Assembly (NCBI GenBank): GCA_002189035.1
Contig: CM007991.1
Span: 3,782,001 to 3,846,000 of the forward strand
Length of the DNA stretch: 64,000 bases
Reading direction: 5' to 3'
Source of the DNA: Utricularia gibba
Lineage: Eukaryota > Plantae > Magnoliophyta
Shown: in pieces, positions 24,015 to 36,528 of the stretch
How positions within the stretch are numbered: position 1 is the first letter of the stretch
Layout: each line of letters opens with the position of its first letter
Translations under genes and position numbers: made by a program
Notes under the pieces: generated by a model
Database searches by the model: none
The model's input: the letters and a program-made list of their open reading frames with translations, nothing else
What the model was told of the DNA's origin: nothing

Positions 24015-26176
24015 TCAAATTCTTCTACTTCCGTGATGCAGTTTCCTGGCATGCCTTTCGTTCCTACTCTTCTCAGCTTTATATGGACATTGGAATCCGA
24101 TGGTCTCCAGAGTGTCCACCGTTTTGAACTCCCGCCGCCGAGTGAGCTCTTCGACGAGGGAGCGGTGGAGGAGCTGGCTACGTATGTTTACCAGAGAACG
24201 GTTCTTAACGAATTTGGGCGTTTCTGCTGTCGTCTTGTTACGCATCGCATGATGATGGGCCACCGCGTTGGCCGGAGTTTGCTGGGTCCGGGGCGGCGGT
24301 CCTTGGCTCATCATCACTGGATCGTTTTCGTCTGCAAAGAAGGAAGCCCAGTTGGAGTACTTGTCGGAATTTGACGAGCTCTGTGAGCTGGTGTCCTCGT
24401 ACAACTCACCTATGAAGCGATCTAAGAACAGGGAAGCTGTAAACAAGAGGGTGGCTGACTACAAATCGGGTGAGAAAGGGGATGGATTTGCAGAGTACCT
24501 TGAGGTTTCAGATACGGAGCTGAAAAGGGAGACGGGTGATCGTGGTTATATTCGGGGTTCCAGCTGGGAACCAGGCCGGAGATCTCTCCGTCAATCATGT
24601 TTGCGATCTCTGATGGTCTCCAGTCTGAGATCTCCAGTTCCTTCACCATTTCATTCGCCACCTCGAGCGGGGTATCGTTGTCGATGTCGAACGGGAAGAA
24701 AATGTTACTCACTTCACCTGAAAGCGCAGAAATCATAAGCAAAGAAATGAACTTGCAACGAACCAGAAACGATTGAGTTCAGCTCAGGTAACCTTTTTTA
24801 TCACAAATCTGAACTTGGAGACATATTCCATCGGCGCCCAACTTCCCTGTTATCGTCATGTTCGTCCTCGGTGCATCCTGGTAGTAGAGCTTCTCAAGTT
24901 CCGAACGATCATTCAGGAAAGGCTTCTGGGTTTCAAGATCCAACGTTGGATGGCCATTAGATCGATCAACATCAAGGAAAGGATCAAGCAGCATCTCTTT
25001 TGCCGACAGTCTCTTCTGTGCAGTCTCCAAGCATTTCCCGATGAACCTCTGTGCTTCCAAGTCTTTTACTTTGTAAAATGCTCGAGGCTTCTTCCCCTTA
25101 AAATTACAAATCATGACACACATAAAGCCAGTTTTTTTCACTCATTTTTCAGTCAGATCGTGATCATGATCTTACTGATGTAACTTTCTTGTATATCTGA
25201 GCCGGGCTGCAGCATTCGCTGTATGGATATTCAAATGTGATCATCTCAAGAACACACATCCCAAATGAGTAAATATCAGCCAGTTCGTTGTAATTCTCTT
25301 CATACACTTCAGGAGCCATGAACTCAGGAGTACCTGAAGAAATCCCAGAAAGTACTGTATAAAAACCAGTAAAGAAACACACATATCTCAAAACTTGATC
25401 ATACCAATGATGCTGTGTGCTCTTCGTGAACGATGCAGAATGGCTGCCAAGCCAAGGTCCCCGATCTTTACCTCCCCGAGGTGACCATTGACAAAGATGT
25501 TGTCACATTTGAGGTCTCTGTGCATCACAGGAGGGTCAAGGCCATGCAAATACACTAGACCTTCAAGTACTTGTCTTGCCCAAGTCTTGATCGCCCGCAT
25601 ACTTATCCTCTTGTACTTAGCTATATACCTGCATCATTCAAAACTTAAAGCTGGTTTCCCAGAACAACTTCTGCATAAATGTTGCTAGAGGAAGAGAATT
25701 ACTCTCTTAGAGTGCCGGAAGTGAGCATCTCTGTGATGAAATTGAAGGTTCTGTTTTCGATATCGATCCAAGAGGTGAAGAATCGGATGATGGAGGGATG
25801 ATTCAGGGTGCTGAGAAGATGAACCTCGCAGTAGAGCTGCTTCAGATCATCCGGAGAATGAATAAAGTCAACAAGGCGTACTTGATTCCATGCTACTTCC
25901 AATCCAAGCACCTCATCTATTGCTTTATACACGGTTTTCATTGCACCCTTCCCCAAAATCTCATCAAACTGTACACAATCATACATGGCTTTGTTTAGAA
26001 CTAGAACAAAAACAGCAAGGTTTCTAAAAACTCTGGATTTCCAGGCGCAAAAGGGAATGAAAAACAAGAAAGGAAGGAAGGAACATAAACTTCACCCGGC
26101 CATAACGCCCTGTTGGATCAATCTCCACATACTCTTGTTCCTGAGCCCCCGGTTCCTCCATCGGAGGCTTGCTCAT
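24015..26176 (-). CDS. WNK: WNK (with-no-lysine) protein kinase, WNK4/5-like, multi-exon
   Basis: [59 protein letters not shown], autoinhibitory [11 protein letters not shown] and C-terminal [12 protein letters not shown]. All exons join in frame via GT-AG. Confidence 0.93.
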
Positions 26177-28497
26177 GTTTGTGCAAGAACTCTGCACGAA
26201 GACAAGGAACAGGAACCACAAATCAATCAAACCCAGAAAAAACTGTTACCAGATGGATTAAAAAAACGTGCGCAATGACATAATACTGAAATGATTCAGA
26301 CGATTCCTCGCCCACCACAAAAAACAAATAAACCCCACTCCCCGTAAAACGAGATAACCATGATTAAAAAACACTTTGGCACCGTCACATCTCTATCGAA
26401 AGATTAGAATAAAGGGTCATCATCATCACCATTTCAACCAGCTGACACTCCCTCCAACCGAATGCTTGCCGTGGGAATTGTGTCTGCTGTATGTTGATTA
26501 ATCTACGTATACCCAACTTTTAAACAATCAAACACAAGTAAAAATAAAAATAAAAGTAGCTCCTGGGGGGTATCAGATTGTCTTTTTCACTTGATACTGG
26601 AGATTCTTTCCTGCCGACAAAGTTTTCCAGCGAACCCCCAGCTCCAAATCTGCACAAAACGATCAAGAAAGTGTGTATAACGGATATCTGTAATCAAAGG
26701 TAGCGACTTTAACCCAAAGATTCATCCCCCATATCCTCCTGGCTTCCACGAGCTTGTTTTCTAAGAAATTTGAATGCTACGAGTAAAATGTGTGAACTCC
26801 CTGAGGTCTCTAGACCGCGTTCTAGCTATCCTTGACTTCCCTGACATCCAATCTTTAAGCAGTGTTTTTGAAGTCGACACTGAATCCATCAAGCTGCTGT
26901 GCTTCAGTTTGAGCTATTGAGCTATGCCTACTTTTTTTAATTCAAAAAAACAATTTAAAATAAGGTACTAAAAAGAAGCTAATAGCTACCTATTTTTGCA
27001 TGATAATAATATATTTTAAACAAATGATGACATCCATGCTCTATTTTAAAATTAAATGATTAATCAAGTTAATTCATATTTGAAATTCGATGAATTCAAT
27101 GAAATGAGTTTTACTATATATTTTTTTAAATAGAACATGAAAAACAATGAGTTAATCTCAAATTTTATCTATTCAAATCGGATTCATCGATTCGATTTTC
27201 GAACCCGATTTAAAAAAAAAAACATGAATGTAAATTGTTTCATTTTCAACATAATGATTCTCATAATTGATTTCATAACACAAATTGAAAACTGATGATG
27301 TTATGTTTTGAATAAAATAATATAAATGGGTAGAAAATTGTGTGAGTGCAAATAAAATAATATATTAAATAAAAACAAAATAATTAAAAGTCATTAACCT
27401 AAAGATTTTGTTCTAGGCTTTATTTAATAGCATTTACAAGACCTAGAAGACTTTTTGAGCACCCCAATTGGAATCAAAAGATGTCCACCTCAGCATGTTT
27501 TGACTCATGGTGGCATGTCATGTTCAAAGTTGTGCACCCCCAACATTGAAAAAGTCTACTCCATAATTTATTATGACCCAGAAAATTAAAATATTTTTTT
27601 ATAGACAAAAACTCTAATGTAGTAAAATCATGAAATATTACCTTAAAATCACTAAATTTCAATACAAAGAATTGTTTTTTAATTAATATTATCTATTAAA
27701 CACAATCAAATTTTATGAAATTGTTTATTTTTATGTATATTCAACATTTTAAATAATTATATACGTAAATTTCATTTTTATTTGATATTTAAAATTGAGT
27801 ATTTAAAAATTAATATATTTAGGGATAAAATTTTTTACTACATTTATGATGTATGAAAAGAGTTTATTGAAGTATATTTTTAACTTTAATTATTTTTTAA
27901 AAAATCATTTTTAAAATTATATTGACCATAAATTAAAATAAAAAATTAGTTATCTCTTATTTTTTTAATCCTATTTTCTAAAATAATCTCAATTTTATTC
28001 CACTTCTATCAATTATTTCCATTGTAATGTAATTTTTTTAAAACCTAAAAATATATTTAAAAAAATTTCCAACACACACCATTAATCCAAATAAATGGAA
28101 ATATTTTACAACATAGTTTATATATTATTTTTTGAAAAAACATCAGTTAATGGATTTTATCATAGACAACATAAATGAGGGCCTAATCCAGTGAGGGAAG
28201 GACTACACTCGTGAGTTTTGAGGATGCGTCCAATTTCTCATACCAGCTTTCTATATACACACAGAAGAAGCCACAAGAGTGCAGCGTCAACAAATACTCC
28301 AATCTCTCCCTGTAAGCTTGACTCATTGCATAAGAAAGAAACTGCTACACCTAAGGCACGATCAACTACTACAATCACCTGTTACTCTACAATTGCCGGC
28401 TCGAATCGGATCGACGAAAACCGTTCGAAACTGTATGCTGTGTCTAAAACTTGAAGCTGCTGTTAAGTCTAGATCCGGATGGGAGGGAAGTATACAC

Positions 28498-31400
28498 TCA
28501 TCTTATACAAGGAGAGCATGGCTTGCTGATGCAGTTTATTCGCAGTGGAGGGAATTCCTCTTCACTGAGGTGAATCGTCGACTGTATTTGGAGGCTGGAA
28601 AAACAGGAAACCAGTTAGAAGGGGTTGTCAAGCAACAATGGTTTGATGAGGATCAGAAGAGATGATAAACTAGCTTCAGTTTCATGCCTTTCTTTCACTG
28701 AACGAGGGGTTGGACCTTCTGGTCTGCAGAAGCTGTCAATGGATGAACCTGAGATCATCTCTTCTGTGAGGTTTCCGAGCGACCCAAATTCGATTCTGCA
28801 TGATCCCACAAAGCATCCCTTGGTTTCGCTCACTTCTCTTACAGGGCTCGGAAACTTGCATTGGACATCAGGTTTTTGCTTCCGCCCTTGGAATCTACTT
28901 CTTGCAGGCTGGACTTTGGGTTGAACGGTTTCTGTAAAAGTGTTGAACTCAGGTGGAAAAGCTCGACGAGAGCCATTGCTGTGATTGTGAGCAGACAGAG
29001 GATTTCCATGGACGTCCACCTTATTTCTGCCTCTTCCATGCGACCGCCTTTCCAAGTAAACGTCATTCTGGACACCGAGAACCAATTGTCAGTAGCTAAA
29101 AGTGCTGCAACAGACAGCAAACCAAACAATGAGAGAAAAAGAACTGGAGCTGGGACAGTACCGGCTTCGGGAAATAAGTTCCAATTCCTGGTGCTCTTTT
29201 GCTCCTCTTGAACTGCAGATCAATGCCAGAAATGGTAGAATCACTGTCAGAAACTCTAGCGCTCATACTGCGGTCCAAGGATATTCCCCTGACACCAGGA
29301 AACGTAGAATCACAGTGGGAAACTTTAGTGCTCAAAGAGCGGTCCAAGAATATTTCTCTAGAACTCCTATGGCCTGGTGGCATTGATCCACGAACTACAT
29401 GCCCTGGCTTCATGAGTCGACTTTTGAAGGGTGAGGACACTGATGGGCTGCTGGGTATAGGCAGAGAAGATCCATGGCACAACTGCCCTCGAAGCAGACT
29501 CCGGATATGGCTATCTAAGTCTCCGGTGAGATCAGCCAGAGCATCCAGAACTTCAGATTCGGTGTTTGTGCTGACTGAATCTATTTCCCTGAAATCTAAA
29601 TTGTCTAACAACTTTGTAACAGAACCGGGGCTGGTTGTGCAGGTAGCCTCTGAATGTTCCTCATGGAAACCATATGAACTACTGATCTCAATCAATCCAT
29701 GTTTGTTTTCCAACCATGTAGTGAAGTGAGACTTCCCTGAAGAATACGCTGAATCAGCTTGGTCGAATTCCATGCCTGCGTTTCCCACTGAGCATGGTGT
29801 TTCACACATCTGGTTTTCTGAAGGGCATAAACTATAATTACCACTTGATACATCATCAGCTGCACCACACCCCACACTTGAGTTAGATGTCCAGGTGCTG
29901 GATTTGTTTCCTGCCATGCAGTACCTAGAGAGGGAAACCTCCTCTGCACCTGAGCAAGACTCACCTGCTATTTCCACAGGAGTTTGCATCATCTTATGGG
30001 TTTCACCTTCATCGACAACACCTAAAATAGGTTCTGTTTCCCAAGAAACACTGTCATCGTCTAGATCACAACCATAAGACTTGACAAGCATCTCATCATC
30101 AGAAGACAACACTGCTGGGATGATATGCATGCGGTCAAAGATTCTTCATCACCAATATCAACAGCCAGATTTCGCATGACACTCCTATTTCGGTGTTCAT
30201 GCCTCACACAGGTATTAGCAAAAAAGCACCTAATCTCATCGACAATTTCTTCTCTAGATTGTGAAAAAATCATATTGAGTTTGGACGATCCATACTTCAA
30301 TGCACTTCGTATACGGTAAAAGTTTCCTGTTACAGGGCAGTGTATGGAAAGGCTTAGATTATGCTGCAATAATATAGAAAAAGTTCTGCAGAGCCCACAG
30401 AAAAATCAATATTTGAACAACAATGCTGCTCTTAGAAGTTCGTAAAATTTCTCATCATAAAACAACATGACTGGCTTCAGGATTCTGTAATTATCTAAGC
30501 AATAAGCCGCAACATATTCTTACCAGTCACAATATAAAGAAATCAGTGTTCACAATGCACAGAATATCAAATAGTCGGCAAAAATCATGATTATGGCTGT
30601 AAAATGTCCCTTACCTATATTCACACTGCGGCCCAAATTATTATTTTCCTTCAGCGGATCCATAATATTAAGGTGTTTTACCAGGAACGGTTTTGAGTTC
30701 TCCTCAAGCTCTCTACAAGTGGAGAACATTTCGGTGCAGCTTTTCAAAAATTCTTCACTGAGCAGTTGACTTGTTGACATACTTTTGGGGGTGTCAACTG
30801 TTCCAAAAGAAACAGGAAGATAAAAAAAAAAGTTAGCATGGGAATGATAATGACCAACTAAACTAGATGGGCTATGTAATTCGAGAAATGCAACAAGAAT
30901 GAGCACTGCTCACCCACTATAGCAGGCAAAGATGATTTACGAACTGGTCCTTTCAAGCTTATGCAATAGTGCTCCCAATCAAACTGACTGTAGTAATCCA
31001 AGAACCTATGAAGCACCTACAAAAATGAAATATTAGGAGCAGAGAAAATGCATGAACGCATTCCACAATATGGACTGACACCAAGAATTTACCGATAACG
31101 GGCCGCTGAGGGAAGAGTTGAAGAAATGGAATATATACAGGACAAGTGTTTCCAAAGCATATGTAGAAATTAAACCATGGTGGGCACCGAGTATACGACT
31201 TTCATAATAACACCAAGTTTTGACAAGGATGATGCTGCGCTTAAAAAGATGGTTTCTCCCAACAAAACGATCAACCTGAAACCATGAGAATGCAACTTGT
31301 AAACAACACGTTTGAGGTACAATGTTATTTACTGCTCATGTTTCAAACAGCAAGGCTGGAAATGTTAATACAGGACTCAGAAAAACCAGTAATTCTTTTC

Positions 31401-32918
31401 AGTTTTTTTGTTCAGGCCAGGCCATGTGCAGAAAGCACCATAGCTCCATCAGCAGCATGCTCAACAGAAAAAAAGATTGCCTTCAAAACCATCGTGAACA
31501 TGAAGAAGAAATCGGATATCAAAGATGATAAAGCCGCTATTTCTCAGTGAAACTACAAGAACCGATGCTCATCAGCTCAGATTCTCAACAGACAGCATGC
31601 CTCCACCCAAAATTATCCAAATAAAAAGAAACGGTCAACTAGCATGTGCACAACAGGAACAATATCCTACCTGCTCAAGAAAACAGAGGGTAGAGAGTCC
31701 ACCTAATTGATTGCAGGATATGTCAATGATAATGTTCCCCACAAGACATTTCACTAGTTTAACCTGTTTGTCAAGACAAAAAGGTCAGCTTAATACTATT
31801 ACACCTTAAAAGTTCATCAAAAGAAGGTGGAAATATAATCAAGAGCATAGTTTAACCGTTCAGAATAATCAAGGTGACTACCTCGGCATCAATAAATTGC
31901 GTCTCTCTTACTTCATATTCAGCATTTTCATTCCTTTCCTCTTCCTGTATGACTGCAAGAATATCATGAATAGAAGGCTCTTCCACATTAGGACCCTTAA
32001 GAACAGTCAAATCAATATCTCCTTCAGGTAAATATGTCTTGAGTGGCACTGACCCATATGAAACAACCTGATACGTATCACTGAGTTGTCAAGGCTAAAA
32101 CTGAAGTGAAAATAAGATGAGGCCAAAACTACATTTAACAGGAGTAACTAAAGCTATGTTCCAGATGATATTTCTGCTTAGCAGCATCCTGTTAGAAAAA
32201 CACCACCAAATTCTCTTCTTCACGTGTAACAAGTTCAAATTTTACTTGATCAGCTATTCGAGAATCTGCCCTGGTAATGGAGATCTAAAACACAAATTCC
32301 TACAACTATAAAGTCAATCAACCCAGACATGAATTCAGACTCAGGAATCTCTGTTTGTCTTATCACTTTCAAACCATCGTCGCTTCCCCTATCTACCTAC
32401 CCAAAAGGCTATACGTCAGAGACTGAATATAGGGCAAATATCATCAGTGATTAGCTTATTCACATAAATCTGAGCCCGAGAACAATCAAAAGTCACGGGG
32501 CCTAACAACGACAGCGAAACATGAGCCCACTGACCCTTCTTTTTTTTTTGGAGAAAAAAAAAATGAGATAAGATCATCGACAAGCCAACATCACATTCTT
32601 TCATCTGCATTCATACAAAACAAAAAGGTAAAAAAAAAAAAACAAAAAAAAAAAAAAAAAAACCTCGCAGAGAAGACGATTTTTGACTAGTTGCTGAATA
32701 TAATCAATAACATCTCCTCTCTTCTCCTCGGAGTCAAGAGTGGGGTGAACAAAGCTAAGAACTTTCTCCGCTGATTCCTCCGCCGCCGCCAAACACTCCT
32801 CGGCAAAATCAGCGGGATCAAGCGGCGGATAAGATACCAGCTTTGAACCGACTCCATCATCCTCGTACTCCATGGAAGCCGTAAAACCTTTCGAATTCTC
32901 CACTTGACACTCAACCAT
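28498..32918 (-). CDS. Nucleotidyltransferase of the PAP/OAS1 substrate-binding (non-canonical poly(A) polymerase-like) family, with an apparent 1-bp frameshift at 30117-30119
   Basis: YGSVPLKTYLPEGDIDL, LGGLSTLCFLE, WCYYESRILGAHHGLISTYALE, DPLKENNNLGRSV, GNFYRIRSA, IEFGSLG and C-terminal EEEFPPL. Confidence 0.88.
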
Positions 32919-35099
32919 CAGTCTTCTATTGAATAATTAAGATCGCCTGCAAAAACCCACCTCCCCCATCATCTTCTACACCCGATTACTCTCCCCCCGC
33001 AATTAAGAGACATCAATCATAGAAAAAACAGGTTAATGAATTGGGGTTGGCGCCAATTCACTAGCGGAATATCTCCAACCAATGTCCCTCAAAAGGAGTT
33101 CCTCCCCAGAAAAAGCAAAACAGAAAGGGAAGCTAGTAGAAAGCGTCTGCACCCATCCAACCCCTCACACCTCCCAAGTTTCAGTTATTTGCAGGAAGTT
33201 GACATCCAAACACACGCCTCTCCATCTTTTTCCCTTCCCGGTTTCTCCATGTACAACTTACACACGTATCCACACTTCTACGCGACCTTGAACACCCCCT
33301 TGATTCTCCCACTCCCCAAAACAAGAGACAAGAACATTTAGCAGCAACCGCAGTGCCAGAGACCAAGTCGTATAAATAATGGCATCTCCACCGGCCAACA
33401 CGATGTCGTTTTACTCACGAACTGGTTTCCCACCTTTCATACCCCCTCAATCTCTGCTTTTTGAAACGGTTCGGGTTAGGGCAACCCGACCCCACGCCAG
33501 ACCCGTTTACACACCCTACGCGTTTTTATTAGAAATTTATATAAAAAAATATTTTTAAATTTACACAATATAATTTACATATTAAACAAAAAAATTACCT
33601 TTGTTATTTTTGAATTTCATAAAAAATAAAAATAGTAGTAGCAAATAAAGGAGACATCCTTACTTTTACTATGTGATAAATTTGACTATCCTTAGTTAAC
33701 AAATTTTACCTTAGTGTTATAGAAAATGAGAGGATATCACATTTGTAAATGAGCGGTAAATAAATAAGATATTTGAAAATATAGGGACATCAATTATGAG
33801 ATGTATCCATTAAATGCAACTGTTAATGGTTTGGAGACCACGTGAAATGTTGTTGCCCTGCAAATTAAAAAAATAGGATAATGAATATATTTATATTAAT
33901 TAATTTGATTTGCATATTTCATCATAGAAATGTGTCATTAATCTTCATTAATGTGGAAATCTTTGAGGACCATGAATGGGTAACATTGACCACCCAGGGT
34001 GATTTTCCATCATAGGTGCCCTAGCCCTACCATATCATTGTAGAAATTCTGTTTTATTCTATTTTTTGAAATATAATTTTAAAAAATATGAAGATTTTGA
34101 TTGATTTTATATCTTGAAAATTATTGTTGAGAAAATTTTCTAACAAAATTGAAATTGGATCTTCCATCTTTTTCTACTATTTTTAGAATGTAATTCATTC
34201 GTGTTTGACAATAAAATTATTTTTAAATATCTTGTAACAAATAATTTATGCTGTTGAAAAAATATTCTAAAATTAATTTTATTATTAAATATGAATGAAT
34301 TCTATTTTAAATAATATGTAAATTTAGATTATAAGACCTAACTCTTGTTTTATTAGAATTACTTCTAAATAAGAAATGATTCTAAATTTATATTTTTAAT
34401 TCTTGAAAAATAAGAAGAATTATAACTTAAAATTTGTTTGATTACAATACTTCTAATTTGATGTTATTTTTGAAACAGAAATCATTCATATTTGGTAATA
34501 AAATTATTTTTAAAGTGTTTTTTCGGAATAAAATTATTGCAAATAGAATCTAAGATTTTATTAAGCAGGGGTTAATTGAGTTCCATGTGACTAATTATAA
34601 TCAGCGGACAATAATTATATCTTGTGCCAAATTCAGAGTAATGCTAATCAATAGGCACGATTCACGTGCATTAATTCCTCGTATTCGTTACTAGAATCCG
34701 CGACACCCTTTTCTTAAACACACAAATAAATAATAATATAGGCTTACGTCATGTGTAATACATTTGTTTTTCATAATGTATAATGTTAATTTAATTTCAA
34801 AATTACATGATTTATTACATTATTGATAAGTACAATCATTTTTCTATAATCGAATTGAATATTAACGTCAACATATCTCTATCATGTGGATGGAGAAATA
34901 GTTGAAAGTAATTTAATTATGTTATTGTAAATATTTTTTGAAGGGCACTCGATTACATTCATTCCCATTATTTTAAAATTGACACTCTGAGTTTCCAATG
35001 TTGAATTTAAATGATATAATTAATCTCCATTGATATATTTAATTCTCATATTTTGAAGTATCAGATATATTTAATTTTTACATTTTGACAAATTGGATA

Positions 35100-35528
35100 T
35101 ATTTAATTCTCAATTTTTTTTTATTTCAATCATTTGTTCCCATGTTTTAAAGACCAATTATAATTGATTCACAATATTTAAATATAATTTTTTTTCATAA
35201 TTTGATAAAATTAATCCTCAATTTTTTTGACCAACTGTCGGCCACCCACCTACCGTCCACCCGTCTATCGCCCATCGCCGTGTGCTATCGGCGGTGGTGT
35301 ACGGTAATCGACAACAGTCAGTTGATAATTGTAAAATTGAATTGCTAAAAATATTAGAGTTTGTAATTAGGGATCAATTGTGCCATTTGTGTAAAGAATT
35401 GAGTCTGTTTTTGGTCGATTTTAAAACAATGGGTATCAATTATGAATAATTTTGAAACAATTAAATGCTATTTATGAAGATAATGATGCCATTTAGGTAA
35501 ATAATAGGGATTATTTGCACAATTTTCC
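35100..35528. mobile_element. Degenerate foldback/Mutator-like non-autonomous remnant
   Basis: Imperfect inverted arms (35134-35157 vs 35411-35439) around a GC-rich core (35238-35315), ending AGGGATTATTTGCACAATTTTCC. No TSD found. Confidence 0.4.
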
Positions 35529-36274
35529 TATTTTTTTGAGATGCAAATACATTTTTTAATTATTAGTTTGTACATTACCCAAATTAATAATTTTAACGAA
35601 AACTTAAAATCATTATTAATTTAATATGAAATACGAGTATAAAATTATGAAAAGTCAGTGATATATAAATGAATAAATATCTAAACACACACTAGGCTCC
35701 TTGTTCATACAACCATTAAAATAATAATAAATAAATAAATGGTTTACTATCCGACACGTATTTCACCGTGTCGACAAGTGGAAGCGTCCAGGAGGAAAAG
35801 TCAAGTGTCCGGAAGACAGCTCCATCCAAATTGCGGATCATGGCAATTAAATACTGCGCTGATTTTGAGAATTTTATGACCGGTTAGGGTTTATGTTGGT
35901 TGGATGGACACGTACGGCCCGCCCTGACACGCGCACCTAAAATATTTTGGAGTTTAATCTGATTTAATGTATTATTAAAAACAAGGGTTTTCACTTATGA
36001 ATCGGGTCGGGTCGGGTCACGTTGGAAATGAGTGGAATGGGGCCGGGCCACCCAGCCACCTCATCCAGTGAATTCCAGTCCAACATGCACCCACAGGGGC
36101 GGCATACCATGTGACGATGAACATGGGGGTATCGTGCACCCAACCTTATCCCCATCCCAAAAAATCAAAGCTCCACTGTCATCATCCTCTTGTGGAATAA
36201 AAGTCAACGCCCCCCACCTGGTTTAATCATCCATCAATCAAGCTCAAGCGGGGGACGCGACCCCTCCTCAACTG

Positions 36275-36304
36275 TGATGATGATGATGATGATGATGATG
36301 ATGA
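36275..36304. repeat. (TGA)10 microsatellite downstream of the VAL stop codon
   Basis: Perfect trinucleotide run. Confidence 0.9.
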
Positions 36305-36528
36305 CTGCGTTGACTATGGGTGGAAGGGAAGAACTGAAAGAACTGAAACCTTTCAAAGGAAAACATACAATACAAGCAAGTTCCTCCCTCACAGGGAAAC
36401 ACAAACACTCTGAAATGGGCAAACTTTTTTTGTTTTCTTGTAGAAACTATGAAGTCGCTGAGGTCCCTCTCTCTCTCAAACCAGTAACATCTACAACATG
36501 GTGCTCATCACCTCTGCTGACTGTAAAA

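Noticed and set aside
24422-24500. Apparent frameshift between two WNK C-terminal ORFs
   Set aside because: Explained by a 77-nt GT-AG intron (CAAG|GTACTC...TTCTTAG|AT) joined in phase 1.
32020-32035. PEGDIDL instead of the usual PDGDIDL in the nucleotidyltransferase
   Set aside because: The catalytic DxD (DID) and GS motif are intact, and the D->E change is conservative.
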